Assembly (NCBI GenBank): GCA_965153455.1
Contig: OZ234493.1
Location: 20,016,213 to 20,080,212 of the forward strand
Reading direction: 5' to 3'
DNA: 64,000 nt
Source: Sphagnum compactum
Lineage: Eukaryota
In this document: positions 1-13,472 of the stretch, piece by piece
How positions within the stretch are numbered: the first letter of the stretch is position 1
How the letters are laid out: every line of letters begins with the position of its first letter
Position numbers and translations under genes: made by a program
Notes under the pieces: generated by a model
The model's database searches: none
The model's input: only the letters and a program-made list of their open reading frames with translations
What the model was told of the DNA's origin: nothing

Positions 1-335
1 ACTTACATAAATACAACCTAACATATGTATGACCTCCTAACTAGTTAACCTAACCTTTGTATGACATAGGTATAAGATTAAGTTGTAATCTATGGATGAC
101 TTATGTATGATCTAGTTTACATATGCACAACTTACATATGACCTAGCCTACATATTATATGACACAGCCTATCTACAACCAAAGTAGGTTAGGTTATAGG
201 TTACGTACGACCTATGTACGACCTACGTATGACCTAATTTAACATATGAATGACCTAGGTATAAGGGTGTAAAGCATACCTATGTGTAACATAGGTGTAC
301 ATATGTGTACTTAAGCATACTTAGATGTACATATC
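1..335. repeat. Low-complexity degenerate ACCTA/TAGGT/ACATA repeat tract
   Basis: Dense recurrence of accta, taggt, tatgt and acata motifs in both orientations. A similar tract lies at 5065-5290. Confidence 0.6.
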
Positions 336-449
336 CATATTATGCACAAATTATATAATTTGTGGCACATCATCCATTGATGTGGTTTTGTATTGTTTGA
401 TTTAATGGTCTAAATCCATTGGTATGGCCTTGTATAATGGAATTATTCA

Positions 450-1310
450 TGGTGTTTTCCACCCAACATCTTGTTAGGTGGAATTCTCTAGTGGTTTAGA
501 ATGTAGTTTCTGGTACTATATGTCCCAGTCACCTACATGCCCCTTTTGTCATCCATATTTTCATAAACCTTTCTTCACCGTTTGTACCATCCTTTCAACT
601 AGGCCATTGGCTTTAGGATGATCACAAGAATTAGTCTTGTGGTCAATCATAGCTTGTTCACACAACTCCTAAAATTATCTTTGAAATTTCATGCCGTAAA
701 CTATGAGCACTTTTACTAAGGCACCATATCTACTCAATACCCAATCCAAAAATGCATAAGCAACCCCCTCATTACTTAATTTGTCTCATAGTAGGGCCAA
801 TTTAATCCATTTGGAAATATGTTCAATCATAACCAACATGTATTAGTTATGATGAATAATTAAACTTAGTGCCCAACAAAAACCAATCTCCATTGATACC
901 CAAACCCTATGATCAATAAAGGCTATAAATGTGGGGTGGCTGCATTAAATGATGCACACACTTGATTGTGAAACAAATTGTTGAACCTCCAACTCCATAA
1001 CCTTCCACCAATATTGGCCTTGAAGCAAATTATAAGTCCAATGTACCCCAAAATGTCCCAACTCTTTATGGGCATGTCTCATAACACTTTCCCACACTTT
1101 TGGATGTGGTATTACATGTACATGCCCATCTAACCATAGTTTGAAAAGGTGTTGTCCCAACAATATTTTTTGGCCCTTTGAAAGACCTGATCCTTTTCCT
1201 TGGATGTCAATCCCACATGCAATTCCCTAGTTTGTAGGTTAACAAGTCTTAGGTATCCCCCAAATATCCATAGGTCTAATGTCATCAAGTTCCACCTCCA
1301 GATTCCCATA
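450..1310 (-). mobile_element. Degenerate Ty3/gypsy integrase fragment
   Basis: ORF 945-1163 gives HAHKELGHFGVHWTYNLLQGQYWW...VC, an integrase H2C2 zinc-binding domain. Downstream minus-strand translation gives VMIEHISKWI...DHPKANGLVERMVQTVKKGL (rve core) with stops and frameshifts. Confidence 0.85.
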
Positions 1311-3399
1311 AATGCATGAAGAATCCACTTCAACTACTTTAGCTTGGAATGATAGTGTCGATAACCTTTTACCAAAATGTAAAGGAATAAAACAACATGT
1401 CGACCAAATATTGTTTCCAAATTTGTTTCCCCATGCCAACATGAATTATTACAAAAACATGGGTTTTTTGCTACTAGCATCGTGGGGTGCAGTCACAATA
1501 ACACGTATCATAACAAATGTAATGATTGTTTCATTCTTTCATGTTTTAAAGTCGTAATTTAATTTGATGTTGAAATTGTAAAATTTGTTTATATAGTTGT
1601 ATTTTTAACATATCATGGGAACATGTGAATTAATTTGAAATTAATCCAATGAATAAAAATTAACAAAAACGTTCATTAAACACTATAATGTTTGTTTTTA
1701 AATAGTAAAAGGACTTGTAAATGGATTCCAATTTTTTTGAAAATGACTTGTTTTACAAATTTTTAACATGAACCTTAATAAAATATATATGAAAAAAAAT
1801 TAAAATATTTTTAAATATTTTTTCAAAGAATTTTTCAAGAATATTTTGAAAAATATTCTAGGAATATTTTCCCAAAAGCAGTCTCAAAAGTAGTAAAAAA
1901 ACAAACAGGTGTGGCTTTTGTTATCTCATTTGTGCATTGTGATTAAAATGATTGTAGAGTCAAATTTATTTGTTTAAAATGATTGACAATGTTTGATTTG
2001 ACTAAAATCAAAATTAAATATGTTTGTTTCAATTAAAAATAATAATTATAGTCAAAACAAACAATGTGTTGGACACATGTCATATGTGGCACCCACATGG
2101 AATTGTTCGATTTGACTAATGTGACTAAAATTAACCATTTAGAAATGACTAATTATGATTATGATATTACTTTTGATGATGTGACAATATTAAAATAAAT
2201 TAAAAAATGTTATTTAATTATTTTGAATTGAATCGTACTAAAAAACTAAAGTAATTTACAAATCTAATGCATATATTTTTAAAAACTATGTATTTATATA
2301 TTTTGCAATAACCAATTATATCACCATATGATATGTTGGTTGGATGGTAATGGTCTTGGGTTGTGGTAGAGAATGTGAGGGTCAAACCCCATTTTGGACA
2401 TGTTGTGTCCATGACATCATGATGGTGAACCCCTATTGTCAACCCAAAAAATAACAAAAATAATAACAATAATTTTGAATAATATAATCACAAATCAATT
2501 GTGCCTTTGGATTCATCCATAGTTGAATTTGGAATTTTTTAATTAATATTTTAATATTTTAATTAAATTAATATTGCCACATCAATTACTAATTTTAGTA
2601 ATTTTAATAATTTCAAATAGCCATGTCACCTAATAGAGTTAATCATCTTACTAATTTTGGAAAATCATTTCAATAAAAAATACAGTCAAATTTTTGACAT
2701 CATATACAATTAATCTAATCTAAATAAGGACAATTTTGTCCCGTGTCTATTTTGATTAAAATTTCAATCACAAAATCTAACACAAAAACACACATATATA
2801 ATAATGAATGGAAACAAACTCATTAAAACTTGGGTTCCTATTCAATTCATTAACATCCCTATTGACTATCCAAAATTGATGTTCGACATCAAAATCATAT
2901 TTTTGAAAAATGAAAGCCTAATCAGATCCATGAAACATTTGAATGGTTGATGATCAAACACCAAGGTGAATGGGCTACTAAAAAATAACACCGACATACA
3001 TTCAAAATTGGGTTACCCTATTAGGAACCACTTTTACGACATGCAAAAATTCTTAAAACTTTATTCTTAGGTTTTTATAATTAATTTTTCCATTTTTATT
3101 TGGAATGTTGGATATTTTACCTTGATTTTCATTTTGGGCTTTAGTTGTAATGAAGACAAGGTATGTGTGCCTTTCACAACCATAAAATGACCAAACTTAC
3201 TAGTCCTTAACCTTGTAGCCCATATTTGTTTTTTTAAACATTTGAGTTTTTGGAATTCTTTGTTGTAAATGTTAATCCATGAATTATTTTAATAGATTAA
3301 ATATGTAAATATGGCTTTCATACATTATATGAGTCCAAAATCTTGAGAATGTAATTGTGTTTACTAATCGTTTCATGTCTTTAAAATATTTTTGTCATG

Positions 3400-4700
3400 T
3401 CATTATCAAGGACACGAAGAACTACGAAGGAGCACACATTACAAAGGACCAGTTCCTTACTATGTGGGAAATAGATGATATGGAATGGAGAGAGTATTTG
3501 GCATATATATAACATTGTGTGTTGCTATATCCAGTACCACCAACCTAGAGGATATGGTGCCCTAGAATTTGAGGTAGGGTGTTTAGGACTATATGCTTTA
3601 TGACATTACTGTAAGCTGAAAATTGCGTATGAAAGACTACTACCGTCATCATCAAACCTCTACGACCAACTAACACACTTTTGCTATGACCCGAATAAAG
3701 ACTATACCAAACCATGTCGAAAGTAGAGCCGAGGACCAACCTAAGAAGTGGGAGCAAATCATGAGTAACTGTTAGGAGTTAACTTGTCTCACTGATGTCG
3801 GAGATTGCACCATGGCTTCTGTCATCTGGAGGATTGCCGAGAACAAGCTGACCAAGTACTCTGCTCGAGAAGCACACTTGAGAGTCAACGAATTATCTCT
3901 ACAAATAGCTATTTTAAGGATGCAACACTTAGTGGAGAAGTTGTCCAAACAACTGTGTGTTGGTAAAATCACTCATTACCAACAATGTTTGTCACACCCT
4001 ATGAAGATCAATTAGACTAGCAAATACTTTTGAAGGTAACAAATTACATATACCAAGGAAGGAGTTGAGTCTTCATATAGTGAGATTGACAATTTCTTGA
4101 CTCTAGCGTAGTTGGTACTCTATGCCAAATCATGATGTCCTAGGAGTTAGGAATATGTAGTGAAGCAGGTAGATTGTTGCAAAATGCTAAACTTTTGCAG
4201 CTGTGTGGGGACACTATAGCATTAAGAGGGGGATAATGTAAGGGAAATACTTAGGCATGTTGGCAGAGTAATAATATTAGATAGTATCCCAACAAATAAT
4301 TTTTGTACTGTCAAAGTGTAGTAGGTAAATTGGTCCATATAAGTTGAGCTTACTGTGTCAATATGACAGATAGACTATCGTAACTACATAATGATATGAA
4401 ATGAAATAGTTATAACTTCTTTTTGTAATTGCTGGAGGGCATGTTGGATCTTAAGTAAGTTTGTCACAGGATACTTTGTGGGCGCTTATTTTTGAATAGA
4501 AACATTGAAGCTTATCTAGGAGCAAGAAGATTACTCTATGAATGGAATGTATGGATTTTTTTTCTAATGAAGCTTGAGCATTTTTTTTAATTCTGGTGTA
4601 TTGATTTTGATTTCCTATTAGTTGTATGGTGTAATAAATTGTAATTCTACAATAATGTAAGGAAATTCTTTAGCAATTTAGTTGTCCTAGTTAAAATTTT
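3400..4700 (+). mobile_element. Probable LTR-retrotransposon 3' end: decayed ORF, polypurine tract and LTR
   Basis: PPT-like AAGAGGGGGATAA (4224-4236) is followed directly by TGTAAGG at 4237. Upstream 3400-4200 has coding-like composition with stop-interrupted frames. The LTR 3' end is uncertain. Confidence 0.45.
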
Positions 4701-5064
4701 TACTTGGTATTTATATTAGTGGAATAAGACAAGAATCCAGAGCGATGCACAAATGTATCGCTAACATCTATGTGTGTTAAACAACCATTTTTAAGGGGGG
4801 TGTTAGATACTTGTCCAATCTATTTTTTATCACCCTATTATTATTTAATTTTCTTTTATATACATATTAAAGCCACCTTATATTAATCCATTATTTTAGA
4901 TTATTACATACTCTATATTATAATAAAACTAATTATTTGAATAAAATGTACCCTATTTTTTAACTAATTAACTTATAATTTTTACCCAACAACCAATATA
5001 TTGCACTATATTTTTACTCACATATTTTTATTTATCTATACTAGAGTCCCCCTTGTGCTATGGA

Positions 5065-5290
5065 ACCACCTTAAGGGCTAAGTAGGTTACCTAGGTTACC
5101 TAGGGTATTTAAGGCCTATCTAGGTTTCCTAGGGGTGTCCTTAAGGATTACTTAGATTATGTAAGGTGTTTAAGGCCTACCTAGGAACTACCTAGATTAT
5201 GTAAGGTACTTAAGAGTTGCCTAAAGTACTTAGGGGCATACTTAGGGTTTACTTAAACTACTTAAGGTACCTAAAGGTTGCCTAGTTTTA
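5065..5290. repeat. Low-complexity CCTAGG/CTTAAG palindromic repeat tract
   Basis: Repeated acctagg, acttaagg and taggtt units. Confidence 0.6.
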
Positions 5291-5626
5291 GGCTATGTTA
5301 TTTAACATGACATGTTGCATGTACACTAGCTTACTATTGGGACATGTACATTTGCAACTATGATATATTTGTAATTCAAGTTGAGCAAGATGCCACATGT
5401 TGTTTGGTCATTTGTGCATCACATTTTTAGTTACAAAAACAACTAAATTTTCACTTATTGTTGGATGCCACCAATTGTGAATGAAATGAAAAGACTTTTC
5501 ATTTTCATTTTCATCCAAATTGGTAGTAATTGCAAATCATAGTCAAATTTACAACCTAAAAGTATTTTGCACTTGAATATGCGACTATGAATCTGTTTTA
5601 ACATGTGCCATAAAACGAAAATTGAA

Positions 5627-6261
5627 GGGTGAAAGCATGAATAGGGGGACAGTTTGGACTATCACACTTGTAATCAAAACTAAATACAAACATAAAATTT
5701 AAATCCATATTCAAAATTTTAACATTTCTAATTTTTTAATTATTCATATTGTCATAAACTTTAAGGGGAATCATCATAAATTTTTTGGATGAATTCTAAG
5801 AAGATTATGGACTTGTGATGGACTTTTGAAATGACAACATTATGTTTGTCACATAGAAAAAATGAAAAATGTGGGCTCAAAAAAATGTCAAAGTAGTGTC
5901 AAAACAAAAAGTAAAAAAATAAAGCATTATCAAATGAAGAATTTATTAATGAAATGCATTGAGACTTTCCTAATATATATGTTTTTAATTTTTAAAATTT
6001 TTAAATGACATGATGGTTATAAATTTTTATCCTTGAGAATCCATTTTACATTGAAATTTATAATCTTTTGGATTGATTTTTTAATCAATCACATGTTTAA
6101 AGATATTTATAGGTTGGCTTATTAATAATTATGATTAAAAGCATAAGAGATAATTGTATGATTTATGGTTTGATAATTGCTAAAACAACGAAAAGATTTG
6201 CTAGTGTTAGATTATGGACTTTCAAATGCCACTTTTGAACCACTTAACCATGCTTTCACCC
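5627..6261. mobile_element. PIF/Harbinger (Tourist-like) MITE
   Basis: Perfect inverted termini GGGTGAAAGCATG (5627-5639) and CATGCTTTCACCC (6249-6261). Flanks are GAA/TAA, consistent with a degraded TAA TSD. Confidence 0.6.
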
Positions 6262-6377
6262 TAAAATGGTAGTTATAAAAATGGTTGATTTGAACACGAG
6301 TCATAAACACAAAGTGGGTTTGTATGGACAAGATTCCTTATGTTGTTTTTTGCTATGAATGAATTGAAAGGACCTAT

Positions 6378-7870
6378 GTGCAATCACAATCAGATGAGCC
6401 AACATTGACAAAGGATTCAACCATAAATGGGCCTTTTGTGGTCATTTTGACTTTTTCATAAGAAGTAATTTTTCAAGGATTTTTTTGTAGCATGTTCTTT
6501 AAAATATTTACAATTCCCCCATAAATTACATGATTTGTGTTAACTCATTTTGGGGTGCTATTAGAATCAAACGAGCCAAAAATCTTGTCAAATGATTGAA
6601 ACATTGTCAATTTATTCAGACATATTTATGTAATGCCACTTTAATGTCATGTTGATCAAGGAAATTTATGGTAAATGATTTATATGAGTGATGAAGAATT
6701 AAAAAAAATTATTTAATTTAATAAGTTGAGTTTTGGTTTTAGTAAAAATCTTAGGAACATCAAAAAATCAATTTTATAAAACACTAGGCTAAAGACTCTT
6801 TTAATAAAAAACTTTTGATGGGAAAAAAATTGAAATGATGATAAACTGCCATCCACATGTGAAAAAATTGTGGTACTTGAAAGTTTTTGAAATTCAAAAT
6901 ATGATTCAAGAATGTTTAAATGTCAAGGGTCATTTACTACTTGTAAATGGGTCATACTATGTATGACATTTGAACAAAATTGTGGCTTATGATACAAAAA
7001 ATTAAAGTGTAAAGTAGTTATCATATTTTAACATGATTTAAAATTATGGTCATTTTTTGAAAACAAAATGTAAAATCTGGTAAAATTTGTACATTTTTAG
7101 AAAATTCATATTCATTAAAAAATTGTTTTAAAAATTAATGTAATTTTATTGGGGGAATTGTAAATATTTTAAAGAACATGTTGCAAAACAAATCCTTGAA
7201 AAAATCCTTTATATGAAAATGTCAAAATGTTCAAAAAGGATGCATTTTTGGTTAAGTCCTTTGTCATTGTTGGCTCATTTGATTATGATTGCACCCTTTG
7301 AATAAATATGAATTGTCTAAAAGTTTATAGATTTTTTTAGATTTTGTGTTTTGTCTTAAAAAATGATCATAATTTCAATCATGTTAAAATATGCTAACTA
7401 CTTTAAGCTCTAGTTGTTTGTATCATAATTCGCAACTTTGTTCATATGTTAGGCACATTATAAACCATTTATATTTGGCAAATGAAATTTGAAATTTGAA
7501 CATTTTGAAATTATATTTTGAATTTCTAAAGGTTTCAAGTATGACAATTTTTTAATTATGAATGTTTTTCAAATGTGGATGGTAGGTTATCATCATTTCA
7601 ATTTTTTTCCCATAAAAAGTTTTGTTATTAAAAAAAACTTCATTAGCCTAGTGCTTTAAATATAAAATTGACTTCTTGGTGTTAAAGTTCAAAAGACTTT
7701 TACTAAAACTAGAACTCAAAATTAAATTATTTATGATTTTTTTTGAATTCATCGTACTCATATAAATAATTTAACACAAATTACCTTGATCAACATGACA
7801 TTAAAGTGGCATTACATAAATGTATGTGACTAAATTGATAGTTTTTTGGTTGTTCGACATGGTTTTTGGG
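6378..7870. repeat. Interleaved long inverted repeats (A-B-A'-B'), foldback/MITE-derived
   Basis: 6378-6530 is the reverse complement of about 7138-7294. About 6600-7080 is the reverse complement of about 7338-7841 (e.g. atgtaatgccactttaatgtcatgttgatcaagg versus ccttgatcaacatgacattaaagtggcattacat). Confidence 0.8.
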
Positions 7871-8189
7871 GGGTTTTTGGCTTTTTAAACTATGATCACA
7901 CCCATCTTTAATTACTTAAATCACATGAAAATGATAATGTCACATAAAACTTTAATCACAAAACCTTTCAAATTTAGAGTTTTTATTTTATATGAACTCC
8001 ACAAAATATGGGCAAGAATTTTCTTCACAACCAAAATTTTTGTTGGGTTTGTGAAATGTCCTTTCATATTCCTATGATGGACAAGCCACTTTTCAATATT
8101 CATTTGATTGTATGTATTAGGAAAGAATTGTTTTGATTTGTTTAAAATCCCATCATGAGTTCTATGTTTTATTTTCTTTATATCCTTTC

Positions 8190-10650
8190 ATTTTCCATTA
8201 TTGATTGAAAACTATTCTTGCACAATGCATTAAACTATGCATGAAATACCATCAATAATTTAGTAGGTGTTGAATTTTTATTTTTTTAATGATAATCTTT
8301 CGATTGCACTGATTTTTTCAATTAATTGATCATAATATTCATAAAACATCCATTTTTGGTTTTCTAGAATCAATAAATGTCATTAGGTTAAAGATTGGTT
8401 CTATGACTTTTACAATTCAGGTTTAAAACTTCCAACATGGATCATCTTTTTCCTTTAAGGACCAACCCAATTTTTGCATTCTACACTTACTATCAATAAT
8501 CATTTGTTGAATTGGTGTTTTAACTAAGTTTATCATTGTGCAACCTTGCAAATAATGAAATTTGTTCCAAATTGTGTGTCCCCTAGTTTTAATAATTCCA
8601 AGTTATTTTCATTACTTAACAAATCTTTTAACAATGCTTGACTTTTATGATGATTGGTTATAAAAATTTATGTTATAATTGACTTTTTTTGGAAATTTTA
8701 AAAATCCATTCTATTTTTTTAGTGTCTTCAAGGACAAGATGAATGCCATGACACTACAATAAAACATATTATTTTCTCTACTAAATTGTAACTAAGAAGA
8801 CATTACATTGGAATTGTTGACATAAATATTTTAAATCAATGTCATGTCTTTACATTTGAAATATAACCATTGCTTGTAAATGAAATTAACTTCATTTATG
8901 AATTCAAAAAATATATTTTTTAATATTCTAACGTTCAAAATTCAAAGGTACAAGTGTTTATATTTATATGATTATAAAGTTTGCCGTCATTAAAAATGGT
9001 AAGCAAGTGGTTAAATAGGACTTGCCATATGGCTTTGGAAGTGAAGGTTCAAATCTCACTATTGACGTCTTATGATTTGACTAAAATTGACTGTTGATAT
9101 GATAAAAAAAGCATTACATAGACACATGGTGTTGACAATGTGTCATGGGTTTGATTAGTTGTTAACGATCTAGCCTATTAAAAAACAGAATCCTTTAAGA
9201 ATTTACAAAAAAAAGGTTTCATCTTAGGCAATGATTCTTTTTCACAATTTACAATATTAAAATAATATTAAAAATCTAGGCATTGCAATGACCCATTAAA
9301 AATTCAATAATTTTTTAATTTATATCATTTTTATTTTTAGCTATTTATTATATTTCATTTTAAAATATATATTGGCACATAAATTAACAAGTTAGTTGAA
9401 ACAAACAATGATTGATTTTAGTCATAAAAGACAAGGAAAAAGACATGATTTGTTATAATGTGAACTTTTCAACCATTATAAGTGATATAATGATACTTAC
9501 CTTCTATGATGTATCCAAATTTTTTTCACATTGCTAAATTAGTAATCACCACATGTGCAATGTGTTCATTACCCATTTTTTCAACTGCTTGACAAATAAT
9601 GTCAATAATATATGTAGGCCTACATACAAGTGCCTTCAAGGATTCAAAACCTACATTTGTATTCTTTGATTTGAAAATCAATTTTCACCTCTTTTAACAA
9701 AGTCAATGTTTACAATTTTTCATAAGTTGGACAAACATATCCAAGGCCATAATGTCCAAGAATAGTTAACATTCATTGAAAATGATTTGATTTGATGACA
9801 TTAAAAAGAATACCACAATCAAAGAATAATTTTACAATTGTTTTATGCAATTTTCACACTTTTGAGAATTCCAAGTTGTTTTTAGGTTATGTCATGTCAA
9901 CAATTGTCTTACTTACCAAAGGCACTTCAAGTTTTTTGCCCAAATATTTTTGCTCAAAAGATTTAGCAATTTCTTTCAATGGTTGAAACATTTCTTGTGG
10001 GTTGCAATAGTATGGTAGGTTGTAGCAAAGTTGAAAGAAACTTGGTGGGTTGTAGCAATTGTAGTCACAAGAAGGAGCAAGTCAAGTGCAAGAAAAAGCA
10101 AGGTAGGAAGATCAAAGTTGCAGGCCATTGAGAAGAATAGGTTGATTCATTGGTGATAGTAGCAACAAGACAAGAACATAATTGCCCTTTTTTCATGCAC
10201 TTTTACAACTTGAAACAACCCAAAAATAAAAGAAAGAAAGAAAGCTCCCTAGATCTTTTGGTGCAAATTTGTCAAACTTCTTTAGAACCAAAAAAGGAAA
10301 GGAAAAAACAACATGCCAAACCCAAAGAGTTTTATTTCTTAGTTTTTGTGGTAAAAAAACAAAAACATCAAAAGATAAAACCTTCCCAAGACTCACAACA
10401 AGTTACCAAAAAAAAAAGAATTCTAACAAAAGATTTAGCAAGTTTTGTGCAAAAAATGAAAAGAATCAAAGATGAAAAACAATAACAACCTCCTAGCCTC
10501 TCATATAGAACTTGAACAAAAGAAGAAAACAATGACAAAAGAAGAAAACAAAACAAAAAAAATATGATGACAAAATGTGAAAGCAAAATGAAACTTCCAA
10601 CAAAACCATTGTTGGGTGGGAACTTCTTTTGTTTCACATAATGGCCAAAG
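8190..10650 (-). mobile_element. Degenerate hAT transposase (DUF659 type), interrupted by insertions
   Basis: Colinear minus-strand motifs: GLGYVCPTYEKL (about 9740), AVEKMGNEHIAHVV (about 9570), CHGIHLVLED (about 8740), ELLKLGDTQFGTNF (about 8580), EPIFNL (about 8390), HSLMHCA (about 8230). These match the DUF659/hAT pattern PSYEKLR, ENVVQVVTDNA, CAAHCLDLMLED, RPxxTRFATNF, HxPLHAAA. The upstream boundary is approximate. Confidence 0.7.
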
Positions 10651-12418
10651 TCAAATTTCATTTTAATTTTTCGTGATACACAAATCACATAAATGTAAAA
10701 TTGAAGTTGTGAACAGTTTACATTTGTGCATGAAATGCTATTGAAATAACAAAACAACAATTATAAAATGTTAATCAATGCTTAATTCATGACTCAAAAC
10801 CAAAGACTACACCTTTTAAAAAAAACAAAAACAAAAAGATGATACATTTGTTTACAACCCTAGAAAAGGTTGGCAATGGGTGTGTCAAAACTTTGACACA
10901 TCATAAGTTCAAGGTTGGTACCTACTAGCTAGTGGCTGGCACCTTCTAAGTGGTAGCTAGATTATGGATTTTTCATAGTTTTTTTAGGGTTGAAACTTTT
11001 ATTTCATATTTTGATTGTTTTCATATGTTGGCTTCAAGTACACATATAAAACATGTATTTAAAATGTTCCAAAACATTTTTAGTAACACTACACAATGAA
11101 CACAAGGACTAAGTTCATTTGCAAGAAACACACACCAAATTATAAATGAAAAAGATGGCAAATGCTTTTGAACTTCTTTTTCCTAGGTACTAAAAACCAA
11201 CAATTAGCACTAAACAAAACATAAATTAGTATTACTTTCTAATCACACATTGTGTAACATTGGATGATAAGTTAACTACTAGTTAAGGATTAGGTAATGA
11301 AAGGTTGTCAATCACCAAAAATGGGGATTAAGGTGCGTAGTGTCAAAACCATTTTTGGTAACACATGATTTCAAGTTAGTTATTGAATAACATACTCTTT
11401 AAAGGCCCAAGAGTGACAATGTAACCCTCCTATCAATAGAAGAAAAATCATGTAACTTTCTTCTCAATTGATGAAAACTCATATCCAACATTATGTGTGG
11501 ATGATGCATGTGTACAGGAAATGAAAGGCAAGAGGTTGTGCCTGTGAAGCCCCAGTGGAGCATGAATTAGAATCTCAAGAACCTCTAGATGGTAGGTTAT
11601 GTTAATCTTACTATTTGAAAGTTGATATCCCATTAATTCAACCCAAAAGGAATTGAAAACATGAGCCTTGAAATCTCAAAAATTGTAAAATGACAAGAAG
11701 TGGATGAAAATTTGTGGCTAAGATTTTGACAAGGGATTTTAAAAGAAAGTTACACATACCTATCCCTCTAAGTTCATTTGATTTTACTTCTCTTGTGAAC
11801 TATAAGTAATTATGTTCTTTTCAATGGCTTTACCTATTTGAAATGGATTTGATGAATTATGCGGAAAATATTTGATTGCAATGAGTGTGTTATGTTGTTG
11901 AGTTGGCTAATGCACATTGTTTTTCTTCTCATTTCGTAGGATTGATCAAGTTGGGTTTTGTGTAGTCCTTTAAAGTTTTCTGAAAGCATTTCCCACCATA
12001 GATCACAAAAATATCCTTGTGAACAAACCTGTGAGGAAAACACAGGGACAAAAACAGTTTGGTGTTTCGGTTTGCTTCCCACCCCAATTAAGTTTACTTG
12101 TTACAAGAGGATTAAAACTTTGGCACTCAAGTTTGGTTTCACCCAGGCAATTGTAGTTCCATCTCTTCATATTACATGTGCCTCACATTTCAATGTTGAA
12201 CATTGTGCAACACAATGGCTTATGGCAAAGAGACAGTGGTGCTTGAGGTAAAGGAATCCTATGTATATTTCTTGAAAATGGTGACAAGAGCTTGGGGAAG
12301 AGGAAGGAGAGCAGACTGCCAAGCTATGTTGGAGATTTGGGCCCCTAAAGAACCATGCAGTTAATTAACAAAATTTCACAGACTATCGCTAATGAAGGCC
12401 AGAAACCTTATGAATGCA

Positions 12419-12589
12419 TCCCAAGGGTGGTGGCTTAGTGGTTTAGCCCCTCTCTGGGACCCTGGGACCTCTAAAAAGGGTCTGGGTTCCAAACCCAGTG
12501 GTGTGCAGGTGAAAGTCCTGCCTGCCCTCTGCCACTGAGCTTGACTTGGGGGTGCCAAAAACTTGTGGGTCTGGTCTGCCAAAAAAAAA
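12419..12589 (+). mobile_element. tRNA-derived SINE (about 170 bp)
   Basis: Pol III A-box TGGCTTAGTGG (12431-12441), B-box GGTTCCAAACC (12485-12495) and an A9 tail (12581-12589). Flanking direct repeats CCTTATGAATGCA (12406-12418) and CCTCATGAAAGCA (12592-12604) match at 11/13. Confidence 0.8.
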
Positions 12590-13436
12590 CCCCTCATGAA
12601 AGCACCTCCCCTCACTCTTCTTCTCCACATATGTAAAAAAGCCAAGCAAAAAGACCAACCCCAAAAAATACTCAACAAAATGTAGGTAGAAAAGTTGGAG
12701 AAATTCCTGAAAAAGAGGCCAAAGTAGAATTGTAGTGGACAAGCAAGTATCCATCACTTTTCCAAATTTGCTACTATGATGATTTGCCACTGAATGGTGG
12801 TGAATAACTAGTGCACAAGAAAGAAAATAATTCCCCTTTGTTTTTTGCATTGGGGGGGCACATTCCTCGAGTTATTCTAGCTATTCTTCATGATGTCCTT
12901 GGGTTGAGCTGGTTGGTAGAACCAGCATCCAAAGAAAGGGGAAAAGAAAAAAGAAAAAAAAACAGGGGGAAGAAAGCAGGAGCAGCCAGCATCCAAAACT
13001 ACCTAGAACTCCCCCATGTCATATCATTTACCTACTACAGAGGAGACTTGTTATCCCTGATGAAAAACAAACAAACAAACACTTGCCATACATACATTTC
13101 CTTCTTCTTTGTTGTTTTTTTCACTAATTTGTATTAAAAGTTTGACAGGTTTACAATCCCGGATTGTTGGCATGTTTTTTTGATTTGCATTACCTAATAC
13201 CTCCAGGCTTGTAAGGAATTTGTTTGTAATTTGGTTGTTGGTTTGTTTGTATTTTATTTGGCTTGGGTCCCCCACATATATCATGCAAATTTGTTGTAAT
13301 ATATAGTAGTCAACAAAAGCTCCATGCTATTGTGTTGTGCTGTTCCCTGACGCCCTGAATCACAGCCTGACTCAATTGACTGGCTGCCCCTGCAACAGAA
13401 AACAGTCAAGAAAAAAACAGGAACAGTGGTAGCAGG

Positions 13437-13438
<2 letters not shown>

Positions 13439-13468
<30 letters not shown>
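13439..13468 (+). repeat. (CT)n microsatellite upstream of the At3g17950-like gene
   Basis: About 15 CT units. A TATA-like CATATAAG follows at about 13517. Confidence 0.9.

Positions 13469-13472
<4 letters not shown>

Noticed and set aside
8995..9065. Second SINE or tRNA relic (agtggttaaa...ggttcaaatctc), with a similar stretch at about 2340-2390
   Set aside because: The boxes are degenerate and I can find no tail or TSD.
10150..10760. Lys-rich and Phe-rich ORFs of 111-130 aa
   Set aside because: Artefacts of A-rich low-complexity sequence.
12421..12500. Functional tRNA gene
   Set aside because: A and B boxes are present but there is no proper cloverleaf; the A tail and TSD indicate a SINE.
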